From assembly GCF_009914755.1 (NCBI RefSeq), contig NC_060927.1: a DNA stretch of 64,000 nt; one strand, 5' to 3'. Source of the DNA: the human T2T-CHM13v2.0 reference genome, Homo sapiens. The notes beneath the pieces were generated by a model. That model saw nothing but the letters and a program-made list of their open reading frames with translations, was not told the DNA's origin and made no database searches. This document shows, one piece after another, positions 12,191 through 26,468 of this stretch (positions within the stretch are counted from its first letter, which is position 1; each line of letters opens with the position of its first letter). The position numbers and the translations under genes were made by a program.

Positions 12191-12913
12191 TCACTTAGCT
12201 CTTGCAACAGGACATGTAGAGAGATATTCCACAAGACAATTCCCTGTACAAGTAATACATACATTCCAAAGCACTACTTTTCCAGCCGTAGATGTGTCTG
12301 CCACCCTTCTTCAGATACTGGAAGGCAAATGGAAAGATTTACAAGTGAAAGGAGCTGGTAAGTCTGCGCCCTGGGAAATGGTTCTAGAGACATAAATCCT
12401 TCGCATATGTTAGCATCCTAAAGTTAATTATGCTGTCTAACAGCAACAGCAGCACTAAGGAGCCTCACTAACATAGCTGCCAGTTTTTCTGCGTATTTCG
12501 GAGAGAATTTTGGTTTTGCAGAAATCCCTTTTAAAAGAGGATGCCTTTAGGGAAGGCCACTGAACTTCAATTGTAAAATATCCACACATGGTGTTACACA
12601 AACTCTCACCAGATACTGCTTGGTTAGAAATAACTGGCTCCACACGACTAACAGGTATCTTTACCTTAATAAACAGCAGATTCTGAAATGTTCTCCTTCA
12701 CCTTAAATTTTCATTTTGGATATTAAAATGTCTCTTATGCCCTGAAAACAGACTTTAACTACCTGAGCACCAATAGGTGAAAGCACCGTAACTTTTCTGC
12801 AACTCAGGAACATATATTCAATAAATAAAAAGAACTAAAAGTGGTTCTGATTTTTGGAAACAAAAGACCTATTTTATAAACCAATCTGGCAGCAACAGAC
12901 AGTTATCTCAGCC

Positions 12914-13256
12914 CAGTGGGTCTCAAAGTATTGATCCAGAGACTCTTGGGTGTCCCCAAGACCCTTCCAGGAGGATCTACAAGACAAAACTATTTCCACA
13001 ATAATTTTAAAACATTACTTGCCTTTTCATTTTCCTTTCTTCAAGAGTTTACAATGCAGCTTTCCAAAGCAATGACATCTGACGTCATTGGTCTGAGAGC
13101 TTGTATATTTCCATGTTTTAAACATTTCTTAGTTCTAATTTCTGATACGGGAAGTATCTATATATATAACTAAGATGAACAAAAGCTCCTTGGGGTCATT
13201 AATACTCTTAGGAAATGTAAGGGATCTTCTGACCAAAACGCTTGCAAACGGCCACC
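12914..13256. mobile_element. hAT-Charlie MITE (Charlie18a-like)
   Basis: CAGTGGGTCTCAAAGT terminus, ccccaagacccttccagg...aaaactattt, and a degenerate right terminus. Confidence 0.7.
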
Positions 13257-15284
13257 GCAGCACCATGCCCAATACTGGACTGTGCAAGTCTACTGCATCG
13301 CGGGCAAAGAAAGAGACAGTCTTGAGAAGGTAACTTCTCAGGCTTAAATTTTTCCTCAAAAAAACAAAACAAAAAAAAGAAGGTGAAAAGGAGCATTGAC
13401 TCGAATTGCTGGAAACATTTTGAGAATAAAGAAAAATCTTAAACTTATTTAAAACTAGAACAACTCTCTAAAAATGGGCTTCGAGTACTTAAGCCATAGA
13501 CTATAATGCTGGCTTCCTTCCATTTCCTCTCTCTTGTGGTGCCTATAACAAATTTTATTCGTGGTTATTCAAATATTTTAAGTAAATGTCCCATAATAAA
13601 TAAGCCCTTCAGCTCTCCCTCAGCCCTTCTCCAAAGAACATGCCCACTGACAAAGAATGTGTTAGTTCAATTTATCACGTAAAGAAAAAGATTTCCTAAA
13701 TTGTTTTGAAAATGGACTTTTGTTTGAAAATGGTTACATTTCTTTTTGATACCTCCATTCCATATTTTCAACATAAACTTTCTTCTATGGTAAAAGACTT
13801 TTTTTGCTTGCTGATTATCTGGTTTAGTAGTGCTGTAGGATCACTGTCCCATTTGAGGCAGTGTGAGCACCACGGCAGCTGCTGGTACTGCAACTACAAG
13901 AGAGGTAGAGGCAAACCTCTCCTCACCTGCCTCCTTGGAAGGAGCAAAGCCTACCTGGACACCCAACCCTACTCTCTGCGTCAGAGATGTAACATTTCTT
14001 GTGCCATCTCCTCTCCCATCTCAACTCTATCTCTGGCATTTTGGCTTATGCGATCTCCTCTCCATCTCAGTTTCACCTTTAGCATTTTGACTTACGTTTT
14101 CAAACTCATGCAACAGACTTCTCCCAGTGCCTACTAAATGTAGAGGCACAGTGCTGTGTATTCTGGATGTGTGTGGATACACGCTCATTTTCCAAGGGGC
14201 CGATGGGATAATAACACAAGAGACTCCAACAGCCCAGACCTCTGGCGAGGTCCTTTGTCTTACATGGGGTCTGCCCTGTCACACAAGCTGGGACACAGGC
14301 CTTTAGTGGTAGAGATATCTAGACCTCCCCTTTTCACTTTCATATTATCTTGGAACCCTAAGTCTGTGACTTTGGATGAGTTAGATAATCTCTCCAAACT
14401 TCAAGTTCTTTGTTGATAAAAGGATTAGAGTAAGTGATCTCTAAGGTTCCTTTAGCTCAGACACTTGTATTGAGTATTTAATAAAGACACTTAAATAAAG
14501 TATTTGTTCTTGAGGTGCAGGCAAGTTTGCAGTTTATGTTCTTAGTAACTCATTCAAGTCCGAAATAAACATCATGCTTTTACAAACCTTCTAAAACTAC
14601 ATACTGTTGGTTTAGTGACTTAGACATGACTGCTCCTTCCCCGCCACCCACCAAAAAAGATACACAAATGTACCTTCTAAACCATGTCAATGATTAAGAT
14701 GAATCCCAGAAACTAAGAATCTCTAAGCAAATGCTATTTTCAGATGCAAATAAATTTGACAAATCAAGTCTTTCTCCAAGAAACATTACACTAAAGCAAT
14801 CCAATCTGCTCTGCAAATTACTTTAAAGCTGTCAAAGATCCTATTTAAAATGCATTTAACGATTCTGAAATTACAGTTCATGTCACAAACATGGGTACTT
14901 CCAAAACACAAAAGAATTAGTAATTCATCAAAGAAAGAAGCTACTAGATAAGCCACAGTCTAACAAATACTAAACTAGCTGCCCTCCTCAGGTGTGAGTT
15001 TCCTCACCTATCAAATTAAGATTCCAACTAAACTAAGGTAAACTTTTAAGGTTTCCCTCAAATCTAACCTTTAAAACAAAACAAAAACTTAAGTAATACA
15101 AAATAACAGCCCTGACAAATTCATTCATGGTCAAGAGATCTATTATAATTACTGGTTATTAAAACTTTATTGGTTTTAATACTTTAAAATGTTATTACTG
15201 GTTATTAAAAATTACATTACTGGTTATTAAAAACTTTCTTGAAGCCCATTATCACTTCAGAAGACTCTCAACACTTCACTAACT

Positions 15285-15490
15285 GCAGTGTTCACAATCT
15301 GAGCATTATTGATTATTTTGGGCCCCTTAGTTCTTTGTTGTGGGGGCCGTGCTATGCATTGGCGAATGTTTAGCAGCCCACTAGACGCCAGCAGTACCAC
15401 ACTCTCTCAAGTTGTGACACCCAAATTTGCTTCTAGACATTGCCAAATGTTCCCTGGAAGGAAAAAATCACTCCCAGGTGAGAATCACTG
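15285..15490. mobile_element. MER20 (hAT-Charlie)
   Basis: ttctttgttgtggggg...atgtttagcagc...gttgtgaca...agacattgccaaatgt...gagaatcactg. Confidence 0.85.
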
Positions 15491-16689
15491 GGCTAATGTC
15501 TAACGTTAACTACAGGAATACAATATAAGGGAGTAGAAATTTTTGCAAATATGGGAGGGCAATCTAAAACAAAGAGAACTTCTCTCATCAGTTTTATCAA
15601 AAGATGCCTGCCCAAGACATCTGCAATGTGTTCATTGTTCTGACTGGTAGGCCAGGCTATAAAAGGGTAGGACATAGGGAGAGGAATCCCAAGAACACTG
15701 AGTATACTGATACTATGTTATCTCTGTATTGAGATGTGTGATCACTCTTCTCCTGCCAGATGGAAAGACAATTTGATGGTCCCTATACAATTACAACTGT
15801 GACAATACCATCTATACCTCAAACATTTCTGGTAATCATGGTCTTTATTTCCAGTAACGGAAGGAAATGGCTTTTGAGTAAGGGAAGAAAAGTTTTAGGG
15901 TATCTTTATTTACTTGGTCAAATGGCTGAAAAATCAGATATTAATAAAGGTGAAGACGACTCTAAAATTACTGGTATCTATTACTAGAGACACTAGCACT
16001 GAGTCTGATAATTCCTTCAACTCCATAAATATGGTTTTGTTTTTCTGGGGGCTGGGAGGGCACAGATTGGCACAGGTAGATGACAATTCGTACGTCAATT
16101 TAAATAGTGATCTCTGAACTTAAAATGTTGGTCATATTTTTTTACATATGGATGAAATATTTATCAGAATAACCAGAAAACATTTGCATAAGAATAGAAA
16201 CTTGAATAAAGAAGAGAATCTTTGAGGCTGTCAGTAGTCACGTATCACATCCTAACACACTCAAGCATGCACATCTTAGTGCCTAAGAAATTAATCATGC
16301 AAGTATCAAAGTCCACTCTAACTAAAGAAAACATTTGTCGGAAAATCTTAATCAATTCTTTCATTCTGTACTCTTTTCATTTTGAAGGACCAGAGTGGTG
16401 TTAATAACTACTTCTACATAAAAATTCTGCACAGCTCCCACTCATGAGTACTTTTCTTACCTAAGCAAAATTCTCCAAAGAACTTTCCAAACAAGTGTGG
16501 TGAAATGATGTTAAAAAAAAAATGTATCAGAATGTGTATCATCTAATGTCTTCAGCATCAGTTAGTTAAGACGATTACGTTCAGAACACACCGCTGGGAA
16601 TACTCTAGTATGTGAATTCTCCCCCCACCCTCATTCTTCACATGCCAAGGAAACCTCAGAAAGGACTCTCTAATCTCCTATCCCCACCT

Positions 16690-17390
16690 TTCATTTTCAT
16701 TGTCTTCCTCCATGCTAGTTCAGGACCTAAATATCTTCCTATGTCCATAAGATCCTATCTGGTCTTTTCTAGTCCTCCCTCTAGCTATCATACATGATGC
16801 TAAAGACCAAAGGGCCTAAAGAGAAAAGGTGAATTCCCTTTCCTCTGCTTAAAACTCTGCCGCAGCCTGCTGCTAACAGAATGAAATCCTAACTCCCTAG
16901 CATGATATATAGACTCTTCACAAGTTTCTTCAGACATTTCTCTCAGCTTGCTTTTTCTCCACACTCACTGTCCCAGGTCTCTCATTCATAGGAACTCAAG
17001 CCACACTAAACTTTATCTTATCTTTTTCAGAAGATACCTTTTACTACTTGTTTTATTTGCTTATCTATTCCTTAGCTTCTGCAATGCCCTTTTTCTCCAT
17101 ACTTCTTCTGTAAAACCCATACCTGCTTTAAGACCCAGCTCAAATGCCGCTTCTTTCCCAACTTCTCCTGGCAAATAAGTTTGTGGTCAGGTTTTCAGTG
17201 TTCCCAAACCACCCTGACATACGTCCACCACTTAAAGTTCTACATTATAATTTACCACCCTGCTTGTCTATGTCTCCCTACTAGATGATTAACATCTCTG
17301 AGACAGTACCGATCTTTTCAATGTTATGTATACTCCCCAAACTTGCATCAAAATAATAATTTCCTGCCAGTAGGTCAGCTAATGCTGGCT
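16690..17390 (+). mobile_element. L2 fragment
   Basis: ctctgcttaaaactct, aagacccagctcaaatgcc and tgtctccctactaga are typical of the L2 3' region. Confidence 0.65.
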
Positions 17391-18680
17391 ACAAGAGTGT
17401 ATGTCCTCTGTACAATGCAGTGCAGACAGCAGATGCTACATCAGCATGTTGCATAACATTGTATTATAATGATGTACTTAACTGTCTCTCTCTGGGCCTC
17501 AGAACTGAGCTCTTTAGGGATATTATATATATGAGAGAGAGATCTCAATGTATATGATACATGAGAGAGAGAGAGACCTCAATGAATATAAAGATCTACC
17601 CAGAGATAGAACTGCTCCCCGTTAAAAGAGGGAAAGAAGTAAGAAAATTAACAGGTAATGAATGTTTCCTATGAGGAAGCACTGTGCTGAGCATTCTACA
17701 TACATTACTTCTCACTATCCTCATGACTTCTTGAAGTTATTAAATAAACCAAACACCCAACAGTAAAAACGAGACTAGCACAAGCAGAGTTTAACCCAAG
17801 TTTCTGCTCTTTCCACTAAACAGTGAGAAAGAAAGGAGATGAACAGAAGCCAGTAAAAGAGGGGAAAACGAAGAGAATGAGATACCATTTTAAAAGGGAG
17901 AGAAGCTTTTCAAGGAAAGAATGGTCAATAATATTAAAAATAATCTTAAAAGCTATAGCAAATAAGGCCTGAGGACAAGCCTCTGAACCTGGCAATCAGG
18001 AAGGTATCCTTCCAAAGCGTTTCTTTTCCAATTCCTTCACCAGATTACATACATGCCCCTTAACCCTCCACCTTTCCTCCTACCTCAAATAGTCCAACTA
18101 TCAAAACATGTCCCACCTATACTGGTATGAAAAAAGCTACTTTTGCAATCTGCTCCACAATGCCTATGATTTTAAAAAATCTTAGAACAAGGAACTAGAA
18201 CAAACTTCACAAGAAGTTGAATCTAGTCCTTCAGGAATGCTCTTTGTCTTTTTCTCTTTCTCTATCAAAACAGAAAAGGTCTATAGCTAGTAAAAACTGA
18301 GTCCCCAGAGCATGGCATAATATGCCTGCTTATTTAACCTCAGAGAAACTACATTATCACAAGCCCAAGTATTGTGGCATCAAGTGAGATTCTCACACTA
18401 CTAGCAAGATCTCCAATTACAGACTTACCTAAAATCGTAGCTTTAAAAAACAGGTATTTTGAAAATTGGGATTGTATACTGCATACATGAAAGTACCTGC
18501 ATGAGTGTAATCATTCTGACACAACAGCTTTTCAATTTAGTATTCCACTCCAAATTATCTGCCTTTGGCATCAGTGTAATCCAATTTTTATCCCTTGTAA
18601 AAAGTTTCCAACAAGGTGAGGATTCTGTATGTTCCATAAATGACTCTGAAATGTCTTTATTTGAGGGGGGTGGGAGGGAA

Positions 18681-18960
18681 GCCAGGTGTGATGGCTCACA
18701 CCTGTAATACTAGCACTTTGAGAGGCTGAGGCGGACCAATTACTTGACCCCCAAGTTCAAGATCAGCCTGGGCAACATGGGAAGACCCCAACTCTACCAA
18801 AATGCAAAAAAATTAGCTGGGTGTGGTGGCACGCACCTGCAGTTCCAGTTACTCAGGAGGCTGTGGTGGGCAAATTGCTTGAGCCCAGAAGCTCAAGGAT
18901 GCAGCGAGCTGTGATCATGCACCACGACACTCTAACCTGTGCGACAGCGCAAGACCCTGT
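18681..18960 (+). mobile_element. AluJ lacking a poly(A) tail
   Basis: Full dimer ending aagaccctgt, followed directly by GGGAGG-rich sequence. Confidence 0.92.
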
Positions 18961-19149
18961 TGGGAGGGAGGGAGATACCTCCCCACAGAAGGAAGGGAGG
19001 GAGAGAGGGAGGGGACACCTCCCTCCCCACCAAACTAAACTGCTGTAAGTATACTTTCTGCAAAGACTTGCTGAAAATGATTCACTAATTTGCAAAGAGA
19101 AAACAGATTTTTCGAATGCCTTTTAGAAGTAGAAATTTTAGATGCTTTA

Positions 19150-20010
19150 ACTAATTTTGGACTTACAGAAAAGTTGCAAAAATAGTAGGGCTCTCATATA
19201 CCCCTCACCCAGTTCCCCCTAATGTTACCATCTTATATAAACACAGAATGATCAAAACTGGAACACTAACATCTGTACAATTCCGTTAACTAAACCACAG
19301 ACCTTTCCTGAATCTCACCTGTTTTCCCACTGATGACCTTTTTCTGTTTCAGGATCCTATCTAGGTCTCACATCACATTCTGTTGTTATTTCTCATTTTC
19401 TGGGCTCCTTGTGATAGTTTTCTGGCCTTTGTCCTTTATGAACCTGAAACTCTTGAGGACTGGTCAGTTATTTTGCAGAAATGCTCCTTAATTTGGGTCT
19501 GTCTGATGTTTTCTCATTATCAGAATGAAGGTCGTGCCTTTTTACAACACCACGGCAATATGTGCCCTCCTCAGTGTATCACACCAAAGGGTTCATGATG
19601 TTGCTATGTTTCTCCACCTTAAAGTTATTGTCTTTCAAATAAATACTTTGGCAGAGATATTGAGACTATATAAATAAGCTCTTTCTCCTGAAACTTTAAG
19701 CTACTAATTTTAGCGTCCAAACGTGATTTGGCACAAATCTCTTAACTTTTTGTTGGTAGTGGTGGTATTTTTGTCCTAATAGTGATTTTCTAGTTCCCGC
19801 TTTCCTTTTATAATTATTAAGTGGAATTTTTCTTTAAGAGCTGTCTCTACTCTCCCATATATTTACTCAATTATTTATATCAATATGAATTCATGGATAC
19901 TTATTTTATCCTATAGGTTAAAATAGAAAACTGTCATTATATATTTTTTTGCTCAAATTGTTCCAGCTTTGGCCATCAGGAGCTCCTCCTTTGGGCTGTC
20001 TCCTATTTTC
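19150..20010 (-). mobile_element. Old L1 (L1MC-like) 3' region
   Basis: acttacagaaaagttgcaaaaatagta...cacccagttccccctaatgtta. Confidence 0.75.
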
Positions 20011-20022
20011 TCTCTCTCTCTC

Positions 20023-20335
20023 TTTTTTTTTTTTTTTTTTTAAATAAAAAGAGACGGGGTCTCACTCTACTGAGCAGGCTGAAATGCAATGGAGTGATCA
20101 TAGCTCACTGCAGCCTCAAATATCCAGGCTCAAGTGAACCTCCCACCTCAGCCTTCTGAGTAGCTGGGATTACATACAGGCACATGACACCACGCCTGGC
20201 TTATTAACTAATTAATTGTAGGGATAGGGTCTTACTGTGTTGCCCAGGCTGGTTTTGAACTCCTGGGCTCAAGTGATCTGCCCACCTCAGCCTCCCGAAG
20301 TGCTGGGTTAACAGGTGTGAGCCACTGCACCCAAT
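20023..20335 (-). mobile_element. AluJ
   Basis: Poly(T) followed by reverse Alu consensus. Confidence 0.93.
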
Positions 20336-21127
20336 CCCTATTTCCTTTTGACAAGCCCCAATCCTTTCTCGAACTCTTAAAAATCTAGATGATTTTTAGG
20401 AACAGATGTTTCTTGGACTTCTTCACATTCCTAAGCACTGTACTCAAAACCATTACGGGCCACCTAGAGAAGGATTACAATATTCTAACTAGTAAGTGAC
20501 GCAAAGTGATATATCATTACACCCTATCCCAATTAGCCTTATATTCCAGACAGCATAACCAACACCAAAAGTTAGGTGGGGGAGCTCTGAATATCATTAT
20601 GACTATATTTTGTTGGAGTTTTAAACTAATTTGTATCACTAATCGAATACCTCAGATAATGAGAAACTGCTGTGTTCTAAAGACAAACTTGAGCATCAAA
20701 CAATTTGTGGCCAAAAGTAGAACTATCAGGAGAAATAACGATAGATTCATTAGTTAAACAAAGTGTTCTCTAAAACATTAAGTATGTTTTTCTGGGATAG
20801 TGGGGAAGGGAGGTGAAAATATTTCGGTCTCTGAAAGAAACTGGAGCTATCCTGCCCAGGAATAAGGATTTAAGAGCCAAAGCTTCATCTTCCAAAGAAG
20901 ACCCAAACAGCCTGTAGTAGAGGAAAGCAGCAAAGAATCCCATTACTTCTGACCCTATCCAGCCCTCCCTACAGCTGGAATAGAACTAAAGACTAGTGGT
21001 ACCTCCAAAATTACACCCTGCTTGTTTACAGGTGAATGATTACCTGCCATCCAAACAAAAATAAAAACAAAAAACGTGAAGAAGAACAGGTGCTGCAGTT
21101 TACTGACATGGCCAATGCTTGCACAGG

Positions 21128-21810
21128 GTAAATTTTAATGAGGTACAATCTATATACAATAAAGTGTACAGTTTTAAGAAGTTTTGACAAATGTATACAG
21201 CTATTAATCATCACCCCTCATCCTCTTCGGTGCCGCTTCTAGACAATCCCCATTCCCAGCTCCAGGAGGCCACTGATGTTTTCTGTAACTACGGATTCCA
21301 TTTGTCTTTCCTGGAATTTCACATAAATGGAATTATACACTATATACTCTTCTTTATGTGTAAGGCTACTTTCATTGCAGAGTATTTCTGAGAATCATCC
21401 ATGTTGTTATGTGTTTTGTTTATCCAGGCTCCTGCTGATGGATATTTGGGCTTTTTCCAGCTTGCCACTATTATAAATAAAGCTGAGATGAACATTCATT
21501 AACAAGTCTTTGTGCAGACATATGTTTTCATTTATCTTGGCTAAAATGCCTATGGCAAGTATATGTTTAACTTTATGGCAAGATATATATTCAATTATAT
21601 AATAAACTGCCAAACTCTTTTTCAAAGGGATTGTACTATTTTACATTCCCTCCAGCAAAGTATGAGCATTCCAATTGCTCCATATCCTCAACAACACTTC
21701 GTTCTGTCAGTCTTTTTAATCTGAGCCATTAACGTGGGTGTATAGTAGCATCCCAATGTGATTTTAATTTGTAATTCCCCAATGACTAATGGTGTTGAGC
21801 CAGTTTTTTG
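21128..21810 (-). mobile_element. Old L1 (L1ME/MB-like) 3' end
   Basis: aactgccaaactctttttcaaaggg...tacattccctccagcaa...attttaatttgtaattccccaatgactaat. Confidence 0.85.
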
Positions 21811-22414
21811 CCCAGAATGCACTTTTATACAAGTGCACTGTTAAGCTGATGGCTTAACAAAAACAATAAGTCCGTACAGTATTTATGAAGATCAAGAGGC
21901 CTGCCAATATACAAACTGTTGATGCTGGGTGATGAACAGGGAGATTATTTCTATTCTTGTGTTTCAGTTATATCCATTTTTAAAAGTTAAAAATAAACTA
22001 GAAGCCCACGCAGTTTCATGGCCAAAGAATGTCTTAATTGAGGTACAAGAACTCAGAAGAGAATGAAAGTAAAGACAGCTACTTGTCTAATTTTGGAGCA
22101 GAGTAATAGAGTAAAGCATTTTTTACTCTAAGCTAAACAGCTTTATAAGAAGGTACAATCAACCATCTCTTAAAAATGAAGCACTGACCTAGATGAGTAA
22201 GAGTGTATGCACTGCATAAAGGTTTGTAGAATCGGTGAATTGGAAGTAAACACAGTAGACAAGCGACGTCTACTGGAAAGGAGAGCAGGATGGATATGCT
22301 GCACTTTGGATGAGACAACCAAAATCTGAAGGGGTTCAGAGAACTGGAATAATAGATTCTGAGATCAGACAAGATTTCACAGCATAGTAATATTTATAGA
22401 GCTCATCTGCTCGC

Positions 22415-22707
22415 TTTTTTTTTTTTTTAAGACAGGCTCTTGCTCTGTCACCCAGACTGAAGTGCAGTGGTGTGATCATAGCTCACCGTAGCCCTGAACT
22501 CCTGGGCTCAAGCAATCCTCCCTCAGTCTCCAGAGTAGCTGAGAGTACAGGTGCGTACCACCGTTTCCAGTTTTGTTTTGTTTTGTTTTTTATAGTCAGA
22601 ATCTTGCTTTGTTGCTCAGGCTGGTCTCAAACTCCTGGCTTTAAGCAATCCGCCAGCCTTGGCCTCCCAAGGTGCTGGGACCCCCAGGATGAGACACGTG
22701 ATCAGCC
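22415..22707 (-). mobile_element. AluJ
   Basis: Poly(T) followed by diverged reverse Alu consensus. Confidence 0.9.
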
Positions 22708-23597
22708 CTTGCATTTCTTAATCTGAATGTAACGCCAGTGAAAAGAGTAACAGATGTTAAGAAAATGGAATTTTAGCCCTGGCTCTTTTATCAATTTGCA
22801 GATGACTTTTAAGAACGAACCACAGCCTTCAGCCTGTTTTCCCAACTGCTAAAACAAAGAAAATACCTGTCCTACATTCTCATCAATATGACTGAGAAAA
22901 AAAGGTTTGGAATCAGTACAACAAACACTTGGAAGAAAAAGTATACAAGTGCTATTTTTGTTTTTCTTACACACTTGTATATACATATTAATAAGGCAAA
23001 TTCAAGTTTTAAAAACTTTGGTCTTAGTGAAATCAGAAGAATATATTTTCCCCCAAGTTTCAGACACATATATACCTCAGAATGTGGATGCTACAGAAAA
23101 AATATTCCAAAAGAAAAAAAAAAAAAGCCTTAACTGCCACACTACATTTATTGAGCACCACCACTGATTCTAGTTTTTAAAAACTGTATTCTATAGACCC
23201 TGTATCATTTAATATTACACGGAAAAGAATTTTTTCTTCTTTTGATTACTTTAGGTTGCTATTATGGTGAGATTCCCTGGAGAAGTATTCAGAGCTGCCC
23301 TACCCAATACAGCTCCTGCCACTGTTTTGATGGTTTACAGCAATGACAGTGTCCCACCTGTTACTCTAGCAGCTGTCCATGGTTCCTACTGTTACTGTGT
23401 CTTCCACAACAGCACCCAGCCCTCATTATGGGAAACAAACGCATTTAAAGCAACATACTAGAATTGAGAATATAATTGTTTCAGAACCAGACCACAATTT
23501 TGAGTTCCATCCATGACCAATAATAAAGCATCTTCTCCAAGTGTCCTTTAAAGAGACTCACCCTCTTAAATAAGGTATTCCTGCATTAAATGTATCA

Positions 23598-23952
<355 letters not shown>

Positions 23953-24644
23953 CCAACTTCCTTTTATACTTATTTTTAATAAGCAACCCACAACACCATG
24001 TTATTTCCAGTATGTTTCCACATCCCCAAACATAACATTTAGTAAGGAAAAACTTCAAGAAGACTCAAACACATCAATATTTCTTATATGAAGTATTATC
24101 TCATGGGAACAACAAATACAGTCACCCAGGGCTAAAATTGTTCCCTTTCAAACGAGAGCTAGGAAATATATTTGGGATTGGTAGGGATATGGGTCAGGAC
24201 ATATCAGGACTAACCACTGAAACCTTAATCCTAAAAGAGGTGTTGCCTATCCAACAAATGACCCATCTTCTCTGAAGGAATTAGCAAATTCAACTAAGAA
24301 TATTTCCAAAAGCACAAAACTGAAAATAAGCCTTCGCACAGAAAAAATACTCAATAATTTTCAATTTAACTGATCTGTTTGCATAATAACAATTAACTTT
24401 ATTCAACCTTCTCAAATATTTAAGATCATGACAAACCCCCGGCTGACAAGGTTTTGGCAGAACTGAACAAACTGTCCCACAGATTAACTATGAGCATGTT
24501 TAAAACGAAGTGGTAAGTGCCTGATTGTGGGGGAGGGTACAGCATATGGTGATTTCCCCCTCTGAATTTTTGAGTTCCACACTCAGACCAACAGCTGCAA
24601 TGACTAGACTGGACAGTGGTGCTGCCAACCAAAATCTTCCTTGT

Positions 24645-24930
24645 GCAGATTGGTTCCAGGACCCCCACGGGTACCAAAATCTGTGGGTGCTCAAGTCCCT
24701 TATGTAAAATGGCATATTTGCATTTAACCTATGCACATCCTCCTATATACCTTTTAATCTCTAGATTACTAATAATGCTTAATACAATGTAAATGCTATG
24801 GAAATAATTATCAAACTGTATTATTTTTAATTGTTGTATTGTTATTTTTATTGGTTTTATTCTCTTGAATATATTTTCAACAAGTGGTTGGTTGAATCTG
24901 AGGAGTGAAACTTGGGATACAAAGGACTAT
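24645..24930. mobile_element. MER2-family Tigger MITE
   Basis: ttggttccaggacccc...gctcaagtcccttat...ggttggttgaatctg. Confidence 0.85.
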
Positions 24931-26468
24931 ATGTTGAAACTTTAACCTACTCAGAAGTAAGTACACATACAAATGTCTGCATGCAATTTCAGGGGCCTTG
25001 TGGATCTCAAATAATAAACGTCTGGTCCAGCATATTCCCGTTTACAAAAGACAAACAACAAGGATGACTGGCTAATATTCCATGCGGGACCTGCAGAATC
25101 TCAGGTGGTACATTTAATGTCTGATTTTTAATTTTTCTCAAGTTATCAACTACGAGAACTAAAAAACATAGTATTTACATTGGATTATGCCTTGACGAGT
25201 ATTCGAAAACATAGCTAAATTGACTGAAAATGACCATACACAAATGTCGTCTACCTCTTTTCTACAGACACTTTCATCTACACAGTGACACAATCATGGA
25301 GCAATTTAATATCTACATCCAAGAACTTTCCCTCTCCACCCCGGCCCCGTCAATGCTTTTTATTGCAGAAGAATTAACAGAGTTTATATTTTGTTTTTAC
25401 TTGCTTATATATTCTTAAATTGAGTTTTTGCGTATGTATTTAATTCCCTAACTAAATCTTAAGTACCTCATAAAGTTTTCACTCTTTCTTTTAAAACCCA
25501 AGCCTCTGGAAATAATATTTTGAAGAGTAAGGAAGAGTGTCAACACCTGGTATTGCAGGATCAATCACTTCTGTATTTCTTTCCTCTGATGACACTTGAC
25601 CAGTAGACTGATTTTAAAATCCACAGTTTAAGGTCTTCTCAGAATAGAGATGCTCTGGGATATGTTCTAATAGGAGGGAATAAGTCTTTGTATATTAATC
25701 AATCTCCTTCATAGATAAATCCATTGGGCCAATTTGGAAACATGAAAATTAAGAGTCCAGAGATATCTCAAGCAAACCTTTGAGTTGATGGAGGTAGACT
25801 ACAATGGGGTGGCTTGGGTGAGATGCATTCCACAGGCTCGTACAGCGAAGTCATCCATATAAAATTCACATGTGTATGTATGTACATACATATGTGCGTT
25901 TGTAATGAAATAATCCCAGTTCAGGGCAAAAGCAGACCCCAAAAGTAGAGATATGGCCTCTCCTAGGGGCCTCCAAATGAAATCCTAACCCACCTGATGA
26001 CAGTGGGGAGTCTATTCTTTCCCACCAATCAACTTTCCTTCCAGCTAACACAGCATCCCAGTGTTACCCTACCCCAACATCATCCCAGACACACCAGCAT
26101 AGACTCGCCCTTCAGACAGGTACGTGTGCGCACATGCACACACACACAAACCTGCCTATGCCCCTCAAGCAATCTATCCCCACACAAGTGCACACACCCC
26201 TCAAATGCACATGCCTTCAAACACATGCATACACACACCAAGATACCAACAAAAAATACACACACCATCCAAATAAACACGCCTAATTTCACCCAAAATA
26301 TACATGCTCATGTGCCTCCCTTCTGCTGCTTGCCTAGAAAGGTCACCAAGACTTACTATATGTAAACCAACCATACTCCTAAAAAAATACAATCCATTAA
26401 TACCTTCCAATGCATATATACTACAGCCCACTGCCGCTGCCACTGCCACCACTACCACTGAAATAGAC

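Noticed and set aside
13706-14137. 143-aa plus-strand ORF with several Cys/His
   Set aside because: TTG start, no recognisable zinc-finger spacing, composition typical of non-coding DNA.
15148-15232. CRISPR-like repeat-spacer array
   Set aside because: Only three 17-bp repeats with gaps of 29 and 5 bp, repeat-derived spacers, eukaryotic context, no cas genes.
17531-17589. Short tandem duplication (similar ones at 10839-10870 and 31677-31704)
   Set aside because: Ordinary slippage duplications with no further structure.
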